From positions 32,001 through 96,000 of the forward strand of contig CAVYRH010000004.1 in assembly GCA_963770835.1 (NCBI GenBank): a stretch of DNA of 64,000 nucleotides. The letters are read 5' to 3'. This document shows positions 55,091 through 64,000 of the stretch, piece after piece; the first letter of the stretch is position 1, and the number at the start of each line of letters is the position of its first letter. A model generated the notes under the pieces. It was not told the DNA's origin, did no database searches, and was given only the letters and a program-made list of their open reading frames with translations. The DNA is from an uncultured Pseudomonadota bacterium (GTDB lineage: Bacteria > Oederibacteriota > Muellerivitia > Muellerivitales > Muellerivitaceae). The translations under genes were made by a program, and so were the position numbers.

Positions 55091-55191
55091 CGGATCACAC
55101 TCCTTCTAAAGCATCGAATCCCGGGCGCCAAGGGATCGGCTCACTTAAGTTCATAAACTATTCCTTCGCCTTTCCTTGCGCCGGCCCCCCG

Positions 55192-56409
55192 TCAACCCGC
55201 CAGGCCCAGCCTGCGCCGGACCCAATGATTCACCGGGACCTCGAAAAAACGGTAGGACAGGTAGGCCCAGGCGAAGGTCGCCGAGGCGAAAACCAGGAAG
55301 GCCGTCCAGGTATCCCAATGCACCATGAGGGGCAGGAGGCAGGAAAGGACGGAAGCGTGCCACAAATACATCCCGTAACTGACCTTACCCGGGAGGGAAA
55401 GGGGAGTTAAAAGTTTCGACTCAAAAAAAGACAGGTGGATGCCGCCCAGCAAAAAGAGAAAGAGCCCGAGGTCCAGGAGGGTCGGCGTCCAAAGCAGGGT
55501 CTTGTCCGCGTAGGGATGGAAGTAGGCCCCGGCCATCACCCCGCCTCCCAAAAGGCAGAAAGCCGCGCAAAGGCCCGGCCGACCCGACAGGGATTTACCG
55601 AACCTTTCCACGGCCAGGTAGAGCAAGGCCCCGATAGAGATCTCCTCGAACCCGGTGAAGGAATTCATGAAGCTTAAGAAAAGGTCGTTGGGCCGGTAGA
55701 GGTAGGCGGCCCCCTGGGCCGCCAGCCCCAGGGCGAAAACCAAGGCCAGGAACACCCCCAGCCGCCGGCGCGACCCCAAGGCCCTCAGCACCCAGGGGTA
55801 AAGCAAATAAAACTGCTCCTCGATCGCGATGGACCACAGCACGTCCCAGTGCAGGCCGTATCCGTTGAGCCCGGACTGCCTCCACATCAAAAGCCAATTG
55901 AACATAAAAGCCGCCAGGGCGAGCCAGAAGGCCCCGTTGAGGGAATAGTGGGATCCCGTGAACATGCCGTGCGATTCGGGGGGCAGGGGAACGCCCCCGT
56001 AAACCACCGTGATCCCCACCGCGACCACCAGCGCCAGCAGCGGCCAGATGCGGGCCACGCGGCGGACGTAGAAACGCTTAAGGTCCGGGCGCTCCAACCC
56101 GCCCAAGTTGGAGTCGATGAGCCGGGTGATGAGGAAGCCGGAAACGACGAAGAAAAGGGAAACGCCGAAATAGCCTTTATCGGCGATGGCGGTCCACAAA
56201 TCCCTCAGGAAGGGCTGCCGGGGCGGGAGCGCCCGGTCCCACTGGTGGAGGATGAGGACGGGAAGGATGGAGAAGGTGCGGACGATGTCGATGATTTGAA
56301 GATTTTTTTTCGCCACGCCCTGTATTTTAGGGGCCTTTGGGGCGATAGGAAGGCCCATCTCACCGGCTCCGGCGCGCCCTTGGGCGCGTTCCCAGGTTTG
56401 TTCAGGCAT
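55192..56409 (-). CDS. Acyltransferase-3 (OafA-like) membrane protein
   Basis: GVSLFFVVSGFLI, RRVARIWP, WSIAIEEQFY and SYGMYLWH motifs; start uncertain. Confidence 0.9.
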   Translation of the reverse strand: MPEQTWERAQGRAGAGEMGLPIAPKAPKIQGVAKKNLQIIDIVRTFSILPVLILHQWDRALPPRQPFLRDLWTAIADKGYFGVSLFFVVSGFLITRLIDSNLGGLERPDLKRFYVRRVARIWPLLALVVAVGITVVYGGVPLPPESHGMFTGSHYSLNGAFWLALAAFMFNWLLMWRQSGLNGYGLHWDVLWSIAIEEQFYLLYPWVLRALGSRRRLGVFLALVFALGLAAQGAAYLYRPNDLFLSFMNSFTGFEEISIGALLYLAVERFGKSLSGRPGLCAAFCLLGGGVMAGAYFHPYADKTLLWTPTLLDLGLFLFLLGGIHLSFFESKLLTPLSLPGKVSYGMYLWHASVLSCLLPLMVHWDTWTAFLVFASATFAWAYLSYRFFEVPVNHWVRRRLGLAG

Positions 56410-56557
56410 GTTTCACCACCGAAAAGCAAACAATCTTTAGCCACAGATGAATGGGATTAACCCAGATGGCAAAAACCAATTATCCATTGGTTTAAACTTA
56501 AATGAATTTCCGGGTTTTTAGGATTCGATTTTCCCAAATCCATCCCCTTTATCCCAT

Positions 56558-56739
56558 CGGAAGTATGTACTTGGCACAGCAACCCAATAAACCCTCGCCC
56601 CTTGGGGGAGAGGGTAGGGTGAGGGGTGCTTTTAATTAGCTACATCACCCTCACCCCGGCCCTCTCCCCTCAAGGGAGAGGGAGTAACCACGGCTAAAAG
56701 GCCAGTCTTAAAACGTGCTTTGCCAAGCGCATAGTTCCG
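56558..56739. mobile_element. MITE, CGGAACTAT family
   Basis: CGGAAGTATGTACTTGGCACAGCA / TGCTTTGCCAAGCGCATAGTTCCG; exact 8-bp TSD TATCCCAT. Confidence 0.9.
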
Positions 56740-56826
56740 TATCCCATTCATCCCATGAATCCGTGCTTCGAAGCTGGTTTGTAGCTTCAGGGCGCGTGGC
56801 AAAAGCCTTTGTTTGGGCCGTTTTGG

Positions 56827-57624
56827 TTAAGACGGTTTCCGGCCCCAGGCGGAAACGGTGGAATAGTAAACGGCTGATTGGCCGGGGTCGGCGGCCATTT
56901 CGGTAAAGATTTTCAAGTCGTCCTCCGTGGCCGCCCCGGTTTCCAGGTACTTGTCCCAAAGCCCCAAGACCGAGAGCCGGGTAATCTCCGCCATGCCTTC
57001 CCCGCCCCGGTCCAGGGGGGCGTAGGTTTCCTCTCCGATTTTCGCGAACCCGGTTTCGCGCAGCAGGCCGGGCAGGAGACGGCCAAAGGAAGAATCCATT
57101 CCCTTTGAGGAAAACAATAATTTCCGCGCCTGGGGTATGGCGTTGAAGGCCTTCAACCGGGCCGGGTCAGTGGTTTCGAGCCGCCCCCCGGAAGTGTCCG
57201 CGTCTTCCAAGAGAAGCCATCCCCCGGGCTTCAGGGCCGCCTTCATCTTTTTCAAGACGTCCTGGTAGGTTGGGATGTGGTTCAGGACATAGCGCTCGTG
57301 GATGAAGTCGAAGCGTTCGGATCCCAAGTCCATCCGGGTCAGGTCGTCTTCCAGGACTTGCAGGTTCGGATGCCGGATTTCCCGGATGAAACGCGTATCC
57401 ATGTCCACGGCCAGGACGTTTCCCTTGGGGCCCACGGCCTTAAAAAGCCAGGAGAGCAACCCGCCCCCGCCGGCCCCGGCTTCCAGGAAGGACATCCCTT
57501 GTTTTAGGCCAAGCTTTTCAAGGAACCCCCGGGTCCGGGGGTCTAAAAGTTTCTCGATCTTCTGCAGGCGGCCGTATTCCTCGGAATCGGAAAGGTGCTG
57601 GTGGACGTAATCGTCTTTCGGCAT
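56827..57624 (-). CDS. Class I SAM methyltransferase
   Basis: FLEAGAGGG, FDFIHERYVL and LKPGGWL motifs. Confidence 0.88.
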   Translation of the reverse strand: MPKDDYVHQHLSDSEEYGRLQKIEKLLDPRTRGFLEKLGLKQGMSFLEAGAGGGGLLSWLFKAVGPKGNVLAVDMDTRFIREIRHPNLQVLEDDLTRMDLGSERFDFIHERYVLNHIPTYQDVLKKMKAALKPGGWLLLEDADTSGGRLETTDPARLKAFNAIPQARKLLFSSKGMDSSFGRLLPGLLRETGFAKIGEETYAPLDRGGEGMAEITRLSVLGLWDKYLETGAATEDDLKIFTEMAADPGQSAVYYSTVSAWGRKPS

Positions 57625-57661
57625 GGCGTCCCTCAAAAGATGAAAGATTAAAACCCAATTT

Positions 57662-57770
57662 AACCACCAAGGTCACCAAGAAAAGCAAAAATCAAACATA
57701 GGATTTTCGGCATTTTAAGAATCTTTGTCTTTAGTCGTTCTTGGTGTCCTTGGTGAGCTTGGTGGTGAAA
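57662..57770. repeat. Palindromic element of the CACCAAG type
   Basis: AACCACCAAGGTCACCAAG ... CTTGGTGTCCTTGGTGAGCTTGGTGGTG. Confidence 0.7.
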
Positions 57771-57846
57771 CAGGTTTTTGTTAGGGGGTCTTAGTTGCTT
57801 TTACGCAGAGTCGCGGCGGACGGTCAATCCCCGCAATGACAGCTAT

Positions 57847-58449
57847 TTAGAAACCACTTACATAAGGTAGTTTCTTCGCGACCTCGGCGGTCTTGCCGAC
57901 GTTGGCCAAAAGCAATCCCGTCGAATCCCAGGTGCCGTTGACCAGGGCGTTGCGTTTGGATTCGTGGATCTCGAACTTCAAATGCTCCTTACCCTCGCTC
58001 AAGAGGGATTTCTTTTCCAGGTCCAGTAAGAACTTCGTTTGGGGCTTTTCCCTTACCAGGGCCTGGAGCTTTTGCATTTCGGCCTGGCTTACCGTGGCCG
58101 TGGGGATTCCCAGCATGGTGCAATTGCCCGCGAAGATTTCCGCGAAGGATTCCCCCACGACGGCGCGGATGCCCCAGCGCATGAGGGCCTGGGGGGCGTG
58201 TTCGCGGGAAGAGCCGCAGCCGAAATTCTGGTTCACGAAAAGGATGTTGGAGCCCTGAAACTGGGGCAAGTCGAAGGGGTGGCCCTTCGGCTTTCCCTCG
58301 GCGTCGAAACGCTCGTCGTAAAAGGGGTATTTGCCCATATTGGTGAAGGTGATTTCCTTCAAATAACGGGCCGGTATGATGCGGTCCGTGTCGATGTCGT
58401 TGCCTTCGACGGTGACGGCCCTGCCCTCGATTTGCGTGATCTTGTTCAT
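57847..58449 (-). CDS. leuD: 3-isopropylmalate dehydratase small subunit
   Basis: DIDTDRIIP, NFGCGSSREHAP and SFAEIF motifs. Confidence 0.95.
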   Translation of the reverse strand: MNKITQIEGRAVTVEGNDIDTDRIIPARYLKEITFTNMGKYPFYDERFDAEGKPKGHPFDLPQFQGSNILFVNQNFGCGSSREHAPQALMRWGIRAVVGESFAEIFAGNCTMLGIPTATVSQAEMQKLQALVREKPQTKFLLDLEKKSLLSEGKEHLKFEIHESKRNALVNGTWDSTGLLLANVGKTAEVAKKLPYVSGF

Positions 58450-58461
58450 GAAAAACTCCTT

Positions 58462-58553
58462 AGCCGCAGATTTGCGCGGATTTTTGCAGTTAGAATCAAA
58501 GTTTTTTATTCTTGGCCGTAAATCAGCGAGTATTTGCGCCGATTTGCGGCCAA
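58462..58553. repeat. Palindromic element of the CCGCAGAT type between leuC and leuD
   Basis: AGCCGCAGATTTGCGCGGATT ... ATTTGCGCCGATTTGCGGCC. Confidence 0.55.
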
Positions 58554-58558
58554 GCCTT

Positions 58559-59965
58559 TTATTTTATTAATTCCCTCACATCGGTCACGTGGCCTTCAAT
58601 GGCGGCGGCGGCCACCATGGCGGGGCTCATCAGCATGGTCCTTCCATCCTTGCTTCCTTGCCGTCCGATGAAGTTGCGGTTGGAGGAGGAGGCCGAAATC
58701 TCCCGGCCCTGCAGCTTGTCCGGGTTCATGGCCAGGCACATGGAACAGCCCGCCTCGCGCCACTCAAAACCCGCCTCCTTGAAGACCTTGTCCAACCCTT
58801 CCTTCTCGGCGGCGGCTTTCACCTGCTGGGAGCCGGGCACCACGAAGGCCCGGACCTTCGGGGAGACCTTGCGGCCCTTGGCCACCTTGGCGGCCTCCCG
58901 AAGGTCGCTCAGGCGCCCGTTGGTGCAGCTTCCGATGAAGGCCACGTTGATGGGCGTGCCCTTGATGGGCGATCCCGGCTTCAGGTCCATGTGCTTGTAA
59001 GCCAGTTCCACGGTCTTTACTTCGTCAGCGGAGAACTTACTGACTTCCGGAAGCTTATCGTTCACGCCCACGGACTGGTCGGGCGTGATGCCCCAGGTCA
59101 CGATGGGTTCGATGTCCGCTCCCTCAAAGTTGACCACGTCGTCGTATTGGGCGTCCTTGTCCGAGGCCACGGACTTCCAGTAAGCCAGGGCTTTCTCCCG
59201 CTTCTCGGCGGCGGGAGCGTATTTGCGGCCCTTGAGGTAGTCGAAAGTCGTCTGGTCGGGGTTCACGTAACCCACCCGGGCGCCGCCCTCGATGGCCATG
59301 TTGCAGACCGTCATGCGTTCCTCCATGGTCATGGCGTCGAACACGCTTCCGCCGTACTCGTAAGCGTAGCCGATGCCACCCTTGACCCCCAGCTTCTGGA
59401 TGATATAGAGGGTCACGTCCTTGGCGGTCACGCCGGGCTTCAACTTGCCGTTCACGTTCACGCGGCGCACCTTCAGGGCGTCCATGGCCAGGCATTGGGT
59501 GGCCAGGACGTCGCGAACCTGGGTGGTGCCGATGCCGAAGGCCAGCGTCCCGAAGGCCCCGTGGGTGGAGGTGTGGGAATCGCCGCAGGCGATGGTCATG
59601 CCCGGCTGGGTCAGGCCCATCTCCGGCCCGATGATGTGCACGATGCCCTGGTTGCCTGAGCCGAAATCGAAGAAGGGAACCCCGAACTTTTTCACGTTCT
59701 TCTCGATGGCGCCCATCATCTGCTCGGCCTCGTTGTCCTGAAAGGGCCGGGCCTGGCTCTTGGTGGGCACGATGTGGTCCACGGTGGCGAAGGTACGGTG
59801 CGGGTAGGCCACCTTCAAGCCCTTCTCGGCCACCATGTCGAAGGCCTGGGGGCTGGTGACCTCGTGGATCAGGTGCAGGCCGATGAAGAGCTGGTACTGG
59901 CCCGTGGGGAGCTTGTCCACCACATGGGCGTCCCAGACTTTGTTGTAAAGGGTGCCTTTGCTCAT
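58559..59965 (-). CDS. leuC: 3-isopropylmalate dehydratase large subunit
   Basis: [28 protein letters not shown] and [10 protein letters not shown] motifs. Confidence 0.96.
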   Translation of the reverse strand: MSKGTLYNKVWDAHVVDKLPTGQYQLFIGLHLIHEVTSPQAFDMVAEKGLKVAYPHRTFATVDHIVPTKSQARPFQDNEAEQMMGAIEKNVKKFGVPFFDFGSGNQGIVHIIGPEMGLTQPGMTIACGDSHTSTHGAFGTLAFGIGTTQVRDVLATQCLAMDALKVRRVNVNGKLKPGVTAKDVTLYIIQKLGVKGGIGYAYEYGGSVFDAMTMEERMTVCNMAIEGGARVGYVNPDQTTFDYLKGRKYAPAAEKREKALAYWKSVASDKDAQYDDVVNFEGADIEPIVTWGITPDQSVGVNDKLPEVSKFSADEVKTVELAYKHMDLKPGSPIKGTPINVAFIGSCTNGRLSDLREAAKVAKGRKVSPKVRAFVVPGSQQVKAAAEKEGLDKVFKEAGFEWREAGCSMCLAMNPDKLQGREISASSSNRNFIGRQGSKDGRTMLMSPAMVAAAAIEGHVTDVRELIK

Positions 59966-59995
59966 TGAAGACCTCATTGAATTAAATTAACCGCC

Positions 59996-60137
59996 GTCAT
60001 TGCGAGGAGTGATCCCCGAATAGGAGATCGTCAATGACGAAGCAACCTCAGTTGAAATACGCCGTTTCCCAATTTTTTAAACTGGGGTTGCTTCGTCGTA
60101 CTCGTCCGCCTATTCGGCGGCCACTCCTCGCAATGAC
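59996..60137. repeat. GTCATTGCGAG-type cruciform palindromic element
   Basis: Perfect 16-bp ends GTCATTGCGAGGAGTG / CACTCCTCGCAATGAC; inner GACGAAGCAACC / GGTTGCTTCGTC. Confidence 0.85.
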
Positions 60138-60226
60138 AGCAATATAGGTCTCGAAAGTAATATTTGTAAAAGATATAATAAATATACTATTGATAGCTTT
60201 TATAAATATTACTTTCGAGAGGGTTT

Positions 60227-61105
60227 ATGGAAACCCACCAACTCCGCTATTTTCTCGCCGTGGCCCAGGCAGGCAGTTTCACCCAAGCCGCCCGGCAATG
60301 CAACGTGTCCCAGCCGTCTTTGAGCATCCAAATCGCCAAGCTGGAAGAGGAGCTGGGAGGACCGCTTTTCGAGCGCATCCGAAAAGGGGGCCGGTTGACC
60401 GCGAGGGGAGAAACCTTCCTGCCCCGCGCCAAAACCATCCTGGAGCAGATGGAGTCGGCCCGGGAAGACGCGAAGGCCCTCTCCGGCCTCACCTTGGGGC
60501 GCGTAAGCCTGGGTTGCATGCCGACCACCGGCGCCCACCTATTGCCCCCCATCCTTATCGCCTTCCGGAAGGCCTACCCGAAAATCCAGGTTCAATTAAA
60601 GGAAGAGTCCTCGCCCGACCTGGCGAGGGATTTGGAACAGGGGGAAATCGAGTTGGCCCTCATGGACGAGGCGGGACTTCGCCCCGGCCTCGATCACCAG
60701 ACGATCCTGAGCGAGGAACTTCTTTTGGCCCTGCCGGCCAAACATCCGCTAGCCGGGAAAAAAGCACTCAGCCTCAAACAAGCGGCGGAAGAGCCTTTCA
60801 TCCTTATGAAATCAGGCCACGGGTTCCGCCAGATCACGCTGGATCTTTACCGCAAGGCGGGGCTGGAACCCCGGGTGGTTTTTGAGAGCGGCGGCATCGA
60901 GACGGTGCAGGCGCTGGTGGCAGTGGGGTTGGGCATCAGCCTGGTTCCCCAAATGGTGGCCAAGTTTCCCGGTGTGGCTTATGCCGGGGTTTCAAGCCCC
61001 AAGGCCGAGCGGACCCTTTCCCTGGCGTGGCGCAAGAAAGTAAAGCCATCGCCCGCGTCGGAAGCCATGAGAAAGACCATACTTCAGGTCTTAAAGCCCT
61101 CCTAA
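60227..61105 (+). CDS. LysR family regulator, divergent from leuCD
   Basis: QLRYFLAVA..SFTQAA..SQPSLSIQIAKLEEELG. Confidence 0.95.
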   Translation: METHQLRYFLAVAQAGSFTQAARQCNVSQPSLSIQIAKLEEELGGPLFERIRKGGRLTARGETFLPRAKTILEQMESAREDAKALSGLTLGRVSLGCMPTTGAHLLPPILIAFRKAYPKIQVQLKEESSPDLARDLEQGEIELALMDEAGLRPGLDHQTILSEELLLALPAKHPLAGKKALSLKQAAEEPFILMKSGHGFRQITLDLYRKAGLEPRVVFESGGIETVQALVAVGLGISLVPQMVAKFPGVAYAGVSSPKAERTLSLAWRKKVKPSPASEAMRKTILQVLKPS

Positions 61106-61111
61106 CCGCCA

Positions 61112-61645
61112 TCAGGGTTTATCGCCGTGCCATTTCATCAAGCCTTCCGCGCTGATTCCAATGAGGATGGCGAAACCCAGGCCTAGGGAAGTTTCGATAA
61201 AACGGTCGAAGGCGTAAACCCAAGGCGAGTCCCCGTGAAAAAGAATGACGATACCCGTGATATAGCCGGTGATTTTGGCCGCGTCCTTCAGGCCGATGAG
61301 CTCGCACAAGAGGATAGAAAAGAGAACGCCCGCCGCCATCACCAGGGGGCTGTGGCCTAAGAAGGAACCGATCAAGGCGCCCAAGGCCGCCCCGATGACG
61401 TTGCCAATGAGCCGGATAAGCCCCGTCCGGCGGGTTACCTCCGGGGAGCTGTCCGTTACGACGATGGCGCTGATGACGGCGTAGATGGGGTAGTCCATTC
61501 CCAATTTCAAGGCCGTCCAAGCCGCCAAGAGGCTGGCCAAGCCCGCCCGGACGCCGATTTGGAGGCCGTGTTCCAGGTTTTGGAGAAAGGGGGAGGGTCT
61601 TTTTTTCTTGGGGGCCATGGGGCTTTCGAAAGTGGTTTGCGTCAA
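61112..61645 (-). CDS. FUSC / aromatic acid exporter-like membrane protein
   Basis: YAVISAIVV, RLIGNVIGA and RFIETSLG motifs. Confidence 0.75.
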   Translation of the reverse strand: MTQTTFESPMAPKKKRPSPFLQNLEHGLQIGVRAGLASLLAAWTALKLGMDYPIYAVISAIVVTDSSPEVTRRTGLIRLIGNVIGAALGALIGSFLGHSPLVMAAGVLFSILLCELIGLKDAAKITGYITGIVILFHGDSPWVYAFDRFIETSLGLGFAILIGISAEGLMKWHGDKP

Positions 61646-62658
61646 AGCCCAGTGGTCAGCACCACGCGGAACCGGGCCTTGCCGCTCATCATATGGTCAT
61701 AGGCCTCGGCGGCTTTTTCCAGGGGAAACTTCTCAACCTGCGCCTTCACGCCGGTGAGGGAACTGAAATTCAAGGCGTCCTGCGAATCCTGCGAGGTGCC
61801 CGAGGCCCAGCCCGACACCGACTTCATCCCCGGGATCAACTGCAGGGCGGAAACCTGCAGGGGGTCGTGGGGGGCGCCCAAAACCATCAAGCGGCCCCGG
61901 GGGGCCAGGCCGGCCAGGCTGTCGGTCATGGCCTTGCCGCCCGTGCCGGTGGCCAGGATGACCTTGGCCCCGCCCCATTTCTTGAGCTCCTCGGCCACGT
62001 TTTGCGCTTCGGTATCCACGTAATGGTGCGCGCCCAGTTTTTTCGCCAGGGCTTCCTTGTCCTTACCGCGGGAAACCGCCACGGTGCGGAAACCCATCTT
62101 GGCCGCGAATTGCACGCCTAGGTGGCCCAGGCCCCCGATACCCACCACCGCCACGGTATCGCCCGCCCGGGCGCCGCTGTTGCGCAGCGCGTTGAAAGTG
62201 GTGACACCCGCGCAGAGAAGCGGCGCGGCTTCCGCGGATTCCATCCCCTCCGGCACCGTGGCGAGGGCGGAGACGGGAACCACCATGGCTTCCGCGTAGC
62301 CCCCGTCGTAGGAAAGGCCCGCGACCTGGGCTTGGAAGCAGTTCATGAAATCCCCCCTGCGGCAGTTTTCACAGGCGAAGCACTGGCCGCCGAACCAGCC
62401 CACGCCCACGCGCTCCCCCGTTTTCCAGCCCGAAACGCCCGACCCCACCGCGTCGATCTTCCCGACCACCTCGTGGCCCAGCACCCGGGGGTATTGGACG
62501 GGCATATGGCCGTCCTTGCCGACGGCGTCGCCGTGGCAGACGCCGCAGGCCTGCACCTTGAGGCGCACCTGGCCGGGCCCCGGCTGGGGCAACTCCCTTT
62601 CCACGAGCTGGAAAGCGGACTTGGCTTGGGGAACCTGCATGGCTTTATAGCGGCTCAT
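61642..62658 (-). CDS. Zinc-dependent alcohol dehydrogenase
   Basis: CGVCHGD, GHE, CFACENC..C and GIGGLG motifs. Confidence 0.93.
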   Translation of the reverse strand: MSRYKAMQVPQAKSAFQLVERELPQPGPGQVRLKVQACGVCHGDAVGKDGHMPVQYPRVLGHEVVGKIDAVGSGVSGWKTGERVGVGWFGGQCFACENCRRGDFMNCFQAQVAGLSYDGGYAEAMVVPVSALATVPEGMESAEAAPLLCAGVTTFNALRNSGARAGDTVAVVGIGGLGHLGVQFAAKMGFRTVAVSRGKDKEALAKKLGAHHYVDTEAQNVAEELKKWGGAKVILATGTGGKAMTDSLAGLAPRGRLMVLGAPHDPLQVSALQLIPGMKSVSGWASGTSQDSQDALNFSSLTGVKAQVEKFPLEKAAEAYDHMMSGKARFRVVLTTGL

Positions 62659-62839
62659 GAAATACTCCTTGGAGATTCAGATATTCGGCGGATAAGCTCA
62701 AGTTTCGACCCATGAACCCTTAAATGCAATCCTTTCCCCGGGGGTTTTCGAAAATTTAATCGGGACTTGCCTTGAATTATTCAAAGGCCCCTCAATAGAC
62801 TTGCCGGGTCTTGAACTGAGTAAGGATTGAGGAGGATTT

Positions 62840-63508
62840 ATGAAAATCGGCATCATCGGATCGGGCGTGGTCGCGCAAACCTTAGGGGCCAAGCTGGTGG
62901 AATTGGGGCATGACGTGGTGTTGGGCACCCGCGACCCCAAGAAATTGGACGATAAAAAGAACATGGCGGGCAGCCTCAATGAGTGGCTGGCGGCGGTTAA
63001 GAACAAAGCCAAGGTCGCCACCTTCAAGGAAGCCGCCCACCACGGGGAACTTCTCATTATTGCCACCCACGGGCAGGCCTCGGTGGAGGCCCTTCACCTG
63101 GCCGGGGCGGGCGAGGCGGGGACGAAGACCCTCATCGACACGTCCAACGAGCTGGACTTCAGCAAGGGCGCGCCCCACGCGCTGGCCAGCGAAGGCCGGT
63201 CGGTGGCGGGAAACATCCAGGCCGCTTTTCCCAACCTCAAGGTGGTGAAATGCTTCAACACCCTGGCGGCGCCCCTGATGGTCAACCCCAAGGCGCTCCA
63301 CGGCGGCGACCATACGATCTTCCTGTCCGGCAACGACCCTGGCGCCAAAGCGCAGGTGACGGAACTTTTGAAGTCCTTCGGGTGGACGGACATCCTGGAC
63401 CTGGGGGACATCTCCGCGGCCCGCGGGCAGGAGATGTACATGGGAATGTGGGTGAGGCTTTACGGCTCCCTGAAGAACGGTATGATCAACATCAAGGTCC
63501 AGCGCTGA
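62840..63508 (+). CDS. NADP oxidoreductase (F420-dependent NADP reductase-like)
   Basis: GIIGSG, IDTSN and VVKCFNT motifs. Confidence 0.88.
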   Translation: MKIGIIGSGVVAQTLGAKLVELGHDVVLGTRDPKKLDDKKNMAGSLNEWLAAVKNKAKVATFKEAAHHGELLIIATHGQASVEALHLAGAGEAGTKTLIDTSNELDFSKGAPHALASEGRSVAGNIQAAFPNLKVVKCFNTLAAPLMVNPKALHGGDHTIFLSGNDPGAKAQVTELLKSFGWTDILDLGDISAARGQEMYMGMWVRLYGSLKNGMINIKVQR

Positions 63509-63541
63509 GTATCGAAGGGGCTTAAAACCCAGGAGGAAAAG

Positions 63542-64000
63542 ATGGGTTCGGAACAACGGATGGATGTCTTCGTGAACGTTCATAAGGGATTACGCCGGGG
63601 CCTTTTGGGGCTTTCCCTGAAGCTGGGGAGCCTGGACTGGTCGGACCCGGAAGAGGTTAATGCCGTTGGGATGGAATTCGCGAACCAGATCCATTTCCTC
63701 CGGGAGCACGGCCAGAACGAGGACCTTGTGCAAGTGCCTTTCCTGGAAAGCCGTTCCCCGGGAACCGCCCGGATGATGGTGCAGGACCACCGCCGGCTGG
63801 AAAGGGAAGTCGACCAATTGGAGGATGCATGGAACCGGGTCTCTTCCAACCCCGATCCATCCAGGCTGGGATACCAGCTTTACCTGGACTTCAACGGGTT
63901 CCTGTCGGCCTACCTGGCCCACATGGAACTGGAGGAACAGGAAATCACCGAGGCCATTTACGAAAACTTCACGGACGAGGAAATCGGCCAGGAGTTCAAG
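63542..64000 (+). CDS. Hemerythrin-domain protein, partial
   Basis: AGGAGG RBS; HKGLRR, EHGQNED, DHRRLE and HMELEE motifs; open to the window end. Confidence 0.8.
   Translation, partial: MGSEQRMDVFVNVHKGLRRGLLGLSLKLGSLDWSDPEEVNAVGMEFANQIHFLREHGQNEDLVQVPFLESRSPGTARMMVQDHRRLEREVDQLEDAWNRVSSNPDPSRLGYQLYLDFNGFLSAYLAHMELEEQEITEAIYENFTDEEIGQEFK

Noticed and set aside
1..64000. CRISPR array, rRNA, tRNA, prophage, retron or DGR
   Set aside because: No regularly spaced repeats with unique spacers, and no cas, reverse transcriptase, phage structural or RNA gene signatures were recognised by eye.

Overview
Bacterial chromosomal window, mostly GC-rich with AT-rich accessory patches at about 47.9-52.3 kb. 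No rRNA, tRNA or CRISPR array was recognised. Contents, left to right: an ArsR-dabA-dabB-(NuoM-like) inorganic-carbon uptake operon; flavodoxin-like genes and a disrupted alcohol dehydrogenase; a sigma70-family / HspR-like / HtrA stress module; a TetR divergon with Coq7-like and VKOR genes; envelope glycosyltransferases; aas with three alpha/beta-hydrolases and a YiiX-like amidase; a tightly coupled orphan operon (AmrS-like radical SAM, PLP Cys/Met-family enzyme, membrane desaturase, divergent Lgt paralog, hexapeptide-repeat protein) followed by two small membrane proteins that both end in a TM helix plus VCSG; a glycoside hydrolase; yaeQ; a type II TA pair; nested IS1595/IS5 elements; leuCD with a LysR regulator; and redox genes. 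Intergenic DNA is dense with palindromic repeats and MITEs, several with exact target-site duplications. Two signals stand out. (1) The radical SAM/desaturase/Lgt operon has candidate C-terminal-Cys substrates and may be an undescribed lipid or lipoprotein modification system. (2) Three repeat insertions at gene junctions each form a stop-free bridge ORF with ATGA overlaps at both ends, and a fourth sits in frame inside dabA. Product calls come from motif recognition by eye; no database search was run.
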